From Vicinamibacterales bacterium (GTDB lineage Bacteria; Acidobacteriota; Vicinamibacteria; Vicinamibacterales; SCN-69-37): 64,000 nucleotides of DNA. The stretch covers positions 5,895 through 69,894 of the forward strand of contig DASZVJ010000034.1 in the NCBI GenBank assembly GCA_035547155.1, in the 5' to 3' direction. A program made the position numbers and the translations under genes. Each line of letters opens with the position of its first letter. Within the stretch, counting starts at the first letter, position 1. Of this stretch, positions 57,883-64,000 are shown one piece after another. Below the pieces are notes generated by a model. It searched no databases, was not told where the DNA came from, and saw only the letters and a list, made by a program, of their open reading frames with translations.

Positions 57883-59217
57883 TCAGCGCACCAGGCACGG
57901 CCGCTTCGGATCGAAGCGCCAGCCCGGCACCAAATACTGCATCGCCATCGCGTCGTCGCGCGCGCCGAGCGCCGCGCGCTGGTAGAGCGCGTGAGCACGT
58001 TCGACGCGCTCCATGTCGAGCTCGATGCCGAGACCGGGCGCAGCGGGAACGGCGATCGCGCCGTCGACGATTCGCAGCGGCTCGCGCGTGAGGTGCTCAC
58101 CGTCCTGCCAGATCCAGTGCGTGTCGATGGCGGTGACGTCGCCGGCGGCCGCGGCCGCCACGTGCGTGAACATCGCGAGCGACACGTCGAAGTGGTTGTT
58201 CGAGTGCGATCCCCACGTCAGGCCCCAGTCCCTGCAGCGCTGCGACACGCGCACGGATCCCGCCATCGTCCAGAAGTGCGGATCGGCAAGCGGGATGTCG
58301 ACAGCGCGCAAGTGCAGCGCGTGCGTGAGCTGGCGCCAGTCCGTCGCGACCATGTTCGTCGCTGTGCGCAGGCCCGTCGCGCGCTTGAACTCCGCCAGGA
58401 TCTCGCGGCCGGAGTAGCCGTCTTCGGCGCCGCACGGATCTTCGGCGTACGCGAGCAGGTCGCGGCGATCGCGGCAAAGCGCGACGGCCTCGTCGAGCGA
58501 CCACGCGCCGTTGGGATCGAGCGAGAGCCGCGCGCGGGAGAATCGCGTGCGGAGCGCCGCGATCGCTTCCATCTCGTCGGCGCCGCTGAAAACGCCGCCT
58601 TTCAGCTTGAAATGCTTGAATCCGTAGCGTGCGTGCGCGGCGTCTGCCAGCGCGACGATCGCGTCTGGCGTCAGCGCCGGTTCGCGCCGCAGCCGCAGCC
58701 AGTCGTCTCCGCTCGACGACGATGCCTCGTACGGCAGATCCGTCTTACGGTGATCGCCGACGTAGAACAGATAGCCGAGCGTCTCGACCGACGTTCGCTG
58801 CTGGCCTTCGCCGAGCAGCGACGCGACCGGCACGCCAAGGCACTGGCCGACGAGATCCAGCAGCGCCGCTTCGATGGCGGTGACGACGTGAATCGCCGTG
58901 CGCTGATCGAACGTCTGCACGCCGCGGCCACCGGCATCGAGAGCACCGAAGCGCTCGAGGGCGCGCGCAAGGATGCGCGCATGCGATCCGATGGCCTCGC
59001 CGATCACGAGCGGCGCGGCATCGGTGAGCGTGCGCCGAATCGCCTCGCCGCCCGGGACTTCGCCCACGCCTACGTGGCCGGACGCGTCCTCCATGATGAC
59101 GAGGTTGCGCGTGAAGAACGGCCCGTGCGCGCCGCTCAGATTGAGGAGCATGCTGTCGTGCCCCGCGACGGGGACGACGCGCATGCCAGTCACGAGAGGG
59201 GTGCCCGTCAACTCCAT
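57883..59217 (-). CDS. gudD: D-glucarate dehydratase (enolase superfamily)
   Basis: Track ORF trimmed to ATG 59217 (1-nt overlap, TGATG, with the gudP stop). [59 protein letters not shown] is nearly collinear with E. coli GudD. 444 aa. Confidence 0.9.
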   Translation of the reverse strand: MELTGTPLVTGMRVVPVAGHDSMLLNLSGAHGPFFTRNLVIMEDASGHVGVGEVPGGEAIRRTLTDAAPLVIGEAIGSHARILARALERFGALDAGGRGVQTFDQRTAIHVVTAIEAALLDLVGQCLGVPVASLLGEGQQRTSVETLGYLFYVGDHRKTDLPYEASSSSGDDWLRLRREPALTPDAIVALADAAHARYGFKHFKLKGGVFSGADEMEAIAALRTRFSRARLSLDPNGAWSLDEAVALCRDRRDLLAYAEDPCGAEDGYSGREILAEFKRATGLRTATNMVATDWRQLTHALHLRAVDIPLADPHFWTMAGSVRVSQRCRDWGLTWGSHSNNHFDVSLAMFTHVAAAAAGDVTAIDTHWIWQDGEHLTREPLRIVDGAIAVPAAPGLGIELDMERVERAHALYQRAALGARDDAMAMQYLVPGWRFDPKRPCLVR

Positions 59218-60551
59218 CACGCGGTCTCCAGCTCGACACGCTCGATGTTGCCGACAATGAACACGTAGGCGACGACAGCCACGATCGCGTTGGCCGCGAC
59301 GAAGATCAGTGCGCCGTTGAACGAGTGCGTCCACTGCACGATATAGCCGATCACGATCGGCGTCGTGATGCCGGCGGTGTTGCCGAACATGTTGAAGAGC
59401 GCGCCGCTCAGACCTGCGATCTGTTTCGGCGACGTGTCCGACACGACGGCCCAGCCCAGCGAGCCGATCCCTTTACCGAAGAACGCCAGCGCCATCAGAC
59501 CGACGACGACCGGTGCCGAGTCGACGCCGTTGCAGAGGATCATGCTCGTGGACAGCAGCATGCCGGCGACGATCGGCACCTTGCGCGCGACGTTGAGCGA
59601 ATAGCCGAGGCGCAGCAGTCGATCCGAGATGACGCCGCCGAGCACGCCGCCGGCGAAGCCGCAGATCGCTGGCAGCGACGCCGCGATGCCCGCACGCAGG
59701 ATCGACATGCCCCGCTGCTCGACCAGGTAGACCGGAAACCACGTCAGAAAGAAGTACGTCATCGTCGTGATGCAGTACTGGGCGACGTAGATGCCGAGGA
59801 GCATGCGGTTGCCGAGCAGTTGCCGGATGTACGAACGCCGCGGCGCCGGTCCGTTCGCCGCGGTCTTCGACGGACGGTCCATGTCCACCAACGCGCCGCC
59901 GCGCGCGATGTGCTCGAGCTCGTGCGCACTCACCCGCGGATGATTCGCCGGCGCGTGGACGACTCTCGCCCACACGATCGCGAGCGCGACGCCGAGCACG
60001 CCCATGACGAAGAAGACGTACGGCCAGCCGAACCGGAAGGTGATCCATCCGGTGATCGGCGCGAACATCGCCGTCGCGAAGTACTGCGCGGAGTTGAACA
60101 CGGCGGACGCCGTGCCGCGTTCCGCCGTCGGAAACCAGGCGGCGACGATACGGCCGTTGCCGGGAAACGACGGCGCTTCGGCCAGCCCCAGCAGAAATCG
60201 GAGCAGGAACAGGACGACAACGGCGATGGCCGCGTCGAAGGCGCCGACGAAGCCCTGGAGAAACGTGAACGCCGACCACGCGACGATGCTCCAGAGGTAG
60301 ACGCGCGCGGAGCCGAAACGATCCAGCAGCCAGCCGCCGGGAATCTGGCCCAGCGCGTACGCCCAGCCGAACGCGGAGAACGCGTAGCCCATCGCGATCT
60401 TGCTCAGGCCGAGCTGACGCGAGACGTCGCTGCCGGTGATCGAGAGCGTCGCGCGATCCGCGTAGTTGATCGACGACGCGACGAACAGCATCAGCAGGAT
60501 CGCGTAGCGCACGCGGCTGCGATCGGGGCGTGTGGACGAAGACGCGGACAT
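59217..60551 (-). CDS. gudP: MFS (ACS family) D-glucarate/galactarate transporter
   Basis: [17 protein letters not shown]...[31 protein letters not shown]...[24 protein letters not shown]...FNSAQYFAT has long identical runs with E. coli GudP/GarP. Confidence 0.85.
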   Translation of the reverse strand: MSASSSTRPDRSRVRYAILLMLFVASSINYADRATLSITGSDVSRQLGLSKIAMGYAFSAFGWAYALGQIPGGWLLDRFGSARVYLWSIVAWSAFTFLQGFVGAFDAAIAVVVLFLLRFLLGLAEAPSFPGNGRIVAAWFPTAERGTASAVFNSAQYFATAMFAPITGWITFRFGWPYVFFVMGVLGVALAIVWARVVHAPANHPRVSAHELEHIARGGALVDMDRPSKTAANGPAPRRSYIRQLLGNRMLLGIYVAQYCITTMTYFFLTWFPVYLVEQRGMSILRAGIAASLPAICGFAGGVLGGVISDRLLRLGYSLNVARKVPIVAGMLLSTSMILCNGVDSAPVVVGLMALAFFGKGIGSLGWAVVSDTSPKQIAGLSGALFNMFGNTAGITTPIVIGYIVQWTHSFNGALIFVAANAIVAVVAYVFIVGNIERVELETA

Positions 60552-60575
60552 GGCGCGAGGACGCGGGGCGCGCGT

Positions 60576-61691
60576 CTAGCTCTCGGCCGACACGGCGGCG
60601 ATCAACGCTTTGATGTAGCCGAACGCGAAGACGAAGCCCGTCATGCTGTCGAGGCCGGGCACGGCCGGCACGTGGTCGGGCATCATCATGCCGTCGTAGC
60701 CGACTTCCTTGTAGACGCGCATCGCCCGCAGCATGTCGACGCTGCCGTTGTCGATGAACGTCTCGCGGAAGTTCAGGAGGCCGCCTTCGATGTTGCGGAA
60801 GTGCACGCTGAAGATCTTCCCGCGCGATCCGAAATAGCGAATCACGTCGTAGATCTGTTCGCCGGGCTTCTCGAGCTGTTCGGACACGGTGCCCTGACAG
60901 AAGTTCAGGCCGTGGTACGGGCTCTCCTTGATCGACACGAACCGCTTCAAGCCGTCCGGCGACGCGAGCACGGCGTCGACGCCGCGCCATCCCGATCCGC
61001 GCGGCAGCCCGGGATCCTGCGGATGACAGCCGATCCTGACCTTGTACTCCTCAGCCACCGGGACGACGCGCTCGAGGAAGTAGGTGATGCGTTCCCAGTA
61101 CGTGTCCGCGTCGATCCGGCCCGCGATCGTCAGCGGCGGATCCTGCTTCGCACCGGCGTAGACGAACTCGCTGTAGCGCGCGCCGCCGCGGCCTTGTGCC
61201 GCGCCGGTGCGGACGACGCCGAGCAGCGTGAAGTTGTACTTGACCTGCTGAATGCCGGCGCGTGAGCAGTTGCGAATCATCTCGCAGATGGCGTCGATGT
61301 CGCGATCGCGCTCGGCGCTCGCGCCGAGATAGATGGCCGGCAGCTCAGCCGTCCCGATCTCGTGCGAGCTCATCGGGAGCGGCAGCATGTCGAGCGAGAT
61401 GCCGTGCGCTTCGACGCGCTCGCGGCGCTTCGACAACGCGTCGACAGACCAGGTGTCATCGAGCTTGGCCGACGGCAGACTGCCGCAGATGTTGTTGACG
61501 CCGAACGCCGCGAACACGCGGAGCATCTCGTCGGCGTCGCCCTGCTGCGTGCCAATTTTCATCAGCGCCCTGCGCGGCGCCGTGGATGGCGGCGCGGGCG
61601 ACGCGGCGATCTGCGCGCTCACGACCGCTTCCGCGAGGGCGCCCACGGACAGTCCCGTGCTCGCGAGCCGGACGAACTCCCGTCGATGCAT
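60576..61691 (-). CDS. UxuA (mannonate dehydratase) family TIM-barrel protein with a predicted Tat signal peptide
   Basis: Trimmed to ATG 61691 (AGGAG 5 nt upstream). Twin-arginine motif [23 protein letters not shown]. UxuA-like blocks: [51 protein letters not shown]. Confidence 0.7.
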   Translation of the reverse strand: MHRREFVRLASTGLSVGALAEAVVSAQIAASPAPPSTAPRRALMKIGTQQGDADEMLRVFAAFGVNNICGSLPSAKLDDTWSVDALSKRRERVEAHGISLDMLPLPMSSHEIGTAELPAIYLGASAERDRDIDAICEMIRNCSRAGIQQVKYNFTLLGVVRTGAAQGRGGARYSEFVYAGAKQDPPLTIAGRIDADTYWERITYFLERVVPVAEEYKVRIGCHPQDPGLPRGSGWRGVDAVLASPDGLKRFVSIKESPYHGLNFCQGTVSEQLEKPGEQIYDVIRYFGSRGKIFSVHFRNIEGGLLNFRETFIDNGSVDMLRAMRVYKEVGYDGMMMPDHVPAVPGLDSMTGFVFAFGYIKALIAAVSAES

Positions 61692-61790
61692 GCGTGCTCC
61701 TGTGGGTGACGCTGAAATACTACGGGCCGGCGGCGCGCGGAGCAATGCTCACTTCGACGTGCCGAGGACGAAGCGATAGACTCTGCGCGC

Positions 61791-62561
61791 ATGGACCTGC
61801 CCGTCAACATCTTCAAGCGCGCGCTCGCAGACGGCCGGCTGCAAATCGGCCTGTGGTCGTGTCTGTCGAGCCCGAACACCGTCGAGGTCATCGCCGGTTC
61901 CGGCTTCGATTGGATTCTGTTCGACACCGAGCATTCGCCGAACGACGTGCCGATGGTGCTCGATCAGCTGCGCGCGGCCGTCGGCGGCACCGCGCATCCG
62001 ATCGTGCGGCCGGCGTGGAACGACACCGTGCTGATGAAGCGGTTCCTGGACATCGGCGTGCAGACGTTCCTGGTGCCGTACGTCCAGAACGCCGAGGAAG
62101 CGCGCAAGGCCGTGGCCTCGACGCGCTATCCGCCCGACGGCGTGCGCGGATTCGCGGTCGCGACGCGCGCGTCACGATTCGGACGCGTGACGGGCTATCA
62201 CGCGCGCGCGGCCGGCGAGATTTGCGTGCTGGTCCAGGTCGAGACGCGCGCGGCTTTGAGTCAGATCGAAGCGATTGCGGCTGTCGACGGCGTCGACGGC
62301 GTGTTCATCGGCCCGGGCGATCTCTCCGCCGATCTCGGCCATCTCGGCAATCCGGCCCATCCCGACGTCCAGGCGATCATCGAGGACGCGATCGTCCGGA
62401 TCAAAGCCGCCGGTAGCGTTCCCGGAATTCTGACGGGCGACGAGACGCTCGCGCGCCGGTACATCGAGCTCGGCTGCGGCTATGTCGCGGTGGGATCGGA
62501 CATCGGGATCCTCGCACGCGGCAGCGAGCGGCTCGCGGCGAAGTTCAAGACGCCGAAATAG
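61791..62561 (+). CDS. garL: HpcH/HpaI-family aldolase, most like 2-dehydro-3-deoxy-D-glucarate aldolase
   Basis: [76 protein letters not shown] are near-identical blocks to E. coli GarL. The genomic context includes gudD and gudP. Confidence 0.75.
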   Translation: MDLPVNIFKRALADGRLQIGLWSCLSSPNTVEVIAGSGFDWILFDTEHSPNDVPMVLDQLRAAVGGTAHPIVRPAWNDTVLMKRFLDIGVQTFLVPYVQNAEEARKAVASTRYPPDGVRGFAVATRASRFGRVTGYHARAAGEICVLVQVETRAALSQIEAIAAVDGVDGVFIGPGDLSADLGHLGNPAHPDVQAIIEDAIVRIKAAGSVPGILTGDETLARRYIELGCGYVAVGSDIGILARGSERLAAKFKTPK

Positions 62562-62628
62562 CCCTCGCTACGACTCGATCGACAACACGCCCGGATCTTC
62601 GATCAGACGGAGCCCTCCCCGTCCCTGT

Positions 62629-62653
62629 TGACATCCGACCCAAGACGATGTCA
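62629..62653 (+). promoter_or_regulatory. Inverted repeat TGACAT-13 nt-ATGTCA overlapping a TTGACA -35-like hexamer upstream of the last PadR
   Basis: Read directly from the sequence. TTGACA lies at 62628..62633. The 6-bp arms lie at 62629..62634 and 62648..62653. PadR-family operators are typically ATGT/ACAT-containing palindromes. Confidence 0.3.
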
Positions 62654-62665
62654 TGTTCTGGTCGG

Positions 62666-63019
62666 ATGCCTTCCCAAAACAACTCCGACGATCGCATCGC
62701 CCTCCTGCAGGGCACGCTCGACGTGCTCATTCTCAAAATCCTCGTGCTCGGCCCGTGTCACGGGCAGGGCATCGCGCGCTCCATCCAACGTCAGTCGGAA
62801 GCGGTCTTTTTCGTCGATCATGGCTCGCTCTATCTTGCTCTCCAGCGCCTTGAAGACAAGAAGTGGATCAGCGCCAAGTGGGGCGTCAGTGAGAACAACC
62901 GCAAGGCGCGCTTCTATTCGCTGACGGCCAAGGGACGCCAGCAGCTCGCAGAAAAGACCAGCGAGTGGCAGCGGTTGACGAGAGCGATGGGATTGATTCT
63001 GAACCGCCAGGAGGCCTAG
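62666..63019 (+). CDS. PadR family transcriptional regulator (ADOP-associated type)
   Basis: LLQGTLDVLILKILVLGPCHGQGIARSI...HGSLYLALQRLEDKKWISAKWGVSENNRKARFYSLTAKG. The start could be ATG 62648, 62653 or 62666. Confidence 0.85.
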   Translation: MPSQNNSDDRIALLQGTLDVLILKILVLGPCHGQGIARSIQRQSEAVFFVDHGSLYLALQRLEDKKWISAKWGVSENNRKARFYSLTAKGRQQLAEKTSEWQRLTRAMGLILNRQEA

Positions 63020-63021
63020 TC

Positions 63022-64000
63022 GTGTTCAGACGCAGAAGAAGCGCGGACGATTTTGCCGAGGAGATCAAATCGCATGTCGAGCTCGAAGCCGATGAGTTAC
63101 AGAGCGACGGCTTGAGCGAAGACGAGGCGCGGCGCAGGGCAAGAGTCGAATTCGGCAACGCGCAGACAGCGCAAGAACGCTTCTATCTCAGGAGCCGTAT
63201 CGTCTGGCTCGACAATCTGCTCCACGATATGAAATTCGCGATTCGTCAGCTGACAAGACATCCGGGCTTCGCCGCCATTGCCATCGTCACTCTTGCGCTG
63301 GGTATCGCCGCCAACAGCACGATCGTCAGTTGGATCAACTCGACGCTCCTCGATCCTATTCCCGGAATCCCGCACACGAGCGACATGATCACGGTCATGC
63401 GCGGCGAGCGAAGCGAGCATCCCACGCCGCCCTTTTCGTACCTCGACTACGCGGACCTTCGCGAGAGCACGCGGAGCTTCACCGGGTTACTCGCTTATCA
63501 CGACGACTACATGGCGATCACGGACTCGGGCACGCCAGAGCGCATTTATGGGACGCTGACGTCGTCGAATTACTTTGAGGTACTCGGTGTGCGCCCGTTC
63601 CTCGGCCGGTCGCTTGAATCGACTGCGTCAAATGAGCGGCTGGGTACAGCGGAAGCGGTGCTCGGCTACGGTTTGTGGCAGCACCATTTTGGCGCGGATC
63701 CTTCGATCATTGGAAAGGTCGTTCATATCAATCTGCGTCCGTTCACGATTGTCGGTGTCGCCCCCGAGGGTTTCCAAGGCTGCCTGAGCGGATTGCGGTC
63801 CGATCTATGGATACCGCTTGGCATGGATTCGCAGATTTCGGGTGACGAACGAATCAAGTATCGCGACGTCCCATGGCTCAACGTGCTCGGCAAGCTCAAG
63901 CCGGGAGTCGATCATCGCCGGGCTGAAACCGAGCTGAATATCCTGATGCAGCGCCTCGCGGAGCGGTTTCCGGATGCGCACAAGGGACCGAACACGATCT
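63022..64000 (+). CDS. ADOP-type MacB/FtsX-like permease, N-terminal 326 codons; it runs off the window end
   Basis: My translation from GTG 63022 (2 nt after the PadR stop) gives VFRRRRSADDFAEEIKSHVELEADELQSDGLSEDEARRRARVEFGN...MKFAIRQLTRHPGFAAIAIVTLALGIAANSTIVSWINSTLLDPIPG...SNYFEVLGVRPFLGRSL...IGKVVHINLRPFTIVGVAPEGF. There is no stop up to 64000. It is not in the ORF track because it is open-ended. Confidence 0.85.
   Translation, partial: MFRRRRSADDFAEEIKSHVELEADELQSDGLSEDEARRRARVEFGNAQTAQERFYLRSRIVWLDNLLHDMKFAIRQLTRHPGFAAIAIVTLALGIAANSTIVSWINSTLLDPIPGIPHTSDMITVMRGERSEHPTPPFSYLDYADLRESTRSFTGLLAYHDDYMAITDSGTPERIYGTLTSSNYFEVLGVRPFLGRSLESTASNERLGTAEAVLGYGLWQHHFGADPSIIGKVVHINLRPFTIVGVAPEGFQGCLSGLRSDLWIPLGMDSQISGDERIKYRDVPWLNVLGKLKPGVDHRRAETELNILMQRLAERFPDAHKGPNTI

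Overview
High-GC bacterial chromosomal segment. My spot counts of single 60-nt lines give about 67-73% GC in typical stretches. It is gene-dense, with about 57 protein-coding genes, two of them open at the window edges. I recognised no rRNA, tRNA, CRISPR array, transposase or integrase. The gene content points to Acidobacteriota (inference). The basis is six MacB/FtsX-like duplicated 'orphan' permease genes (ADOP type), four of them tightly coupled to PadR-type regulators, plus a VWFA-related protein of the acidobacterial type. Main blocks: (i) 0.4-11.5 kb, a glycan-assembly locus (multi-module glycosyltransferase, KpsC/KpsS-like protein, GT4, giant DUF115/Maf-like protein, TylF-like methyltransferase, CHY zinc-finger protein, secreted GH18). 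(ii) An ArsR-SdpI-DoxX operon with a palindromic operator candidate. (iii) A decayed quinone-detox-like locus where one deletion scar truncates both a ring-cleaving dioxygenase and an HxlR regulator. (iv) A three-gene phosphorelay headed by a soluble poly-HAMP/GAF hybrid kinase, with five receiver domains and no output domain. (v) A PIG-L deacetylase / PLP decarboxylase / SugE cassette. (vi) A tandem PadR-ADOP-PadR-ADOP array. (vii) A run of secreted proteins, including two tandem paralogous two-domain lipoproteins of unknown function. (viii) A D-glucarate cluster (gudD, gudP, garL) with a Tat-signal UxuA-family protein. (ix) A terminal PadR-ADOP module of clearly lower GC. Nothing matches a known defence system or mobile element. 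The least explained items are the Maf-like/KpsCS-like glycan locus, the tandem lipoprotein paralogs and the density of ATPase-less permease modules. Many long ORFs in the supplied track are high-GC antisense or alternate-frame artefacts and were not called. Several track ORFs were trimmed to internal starts supported by Shine-Dalgarno motifs, signal peptides or stop/start overlaps.
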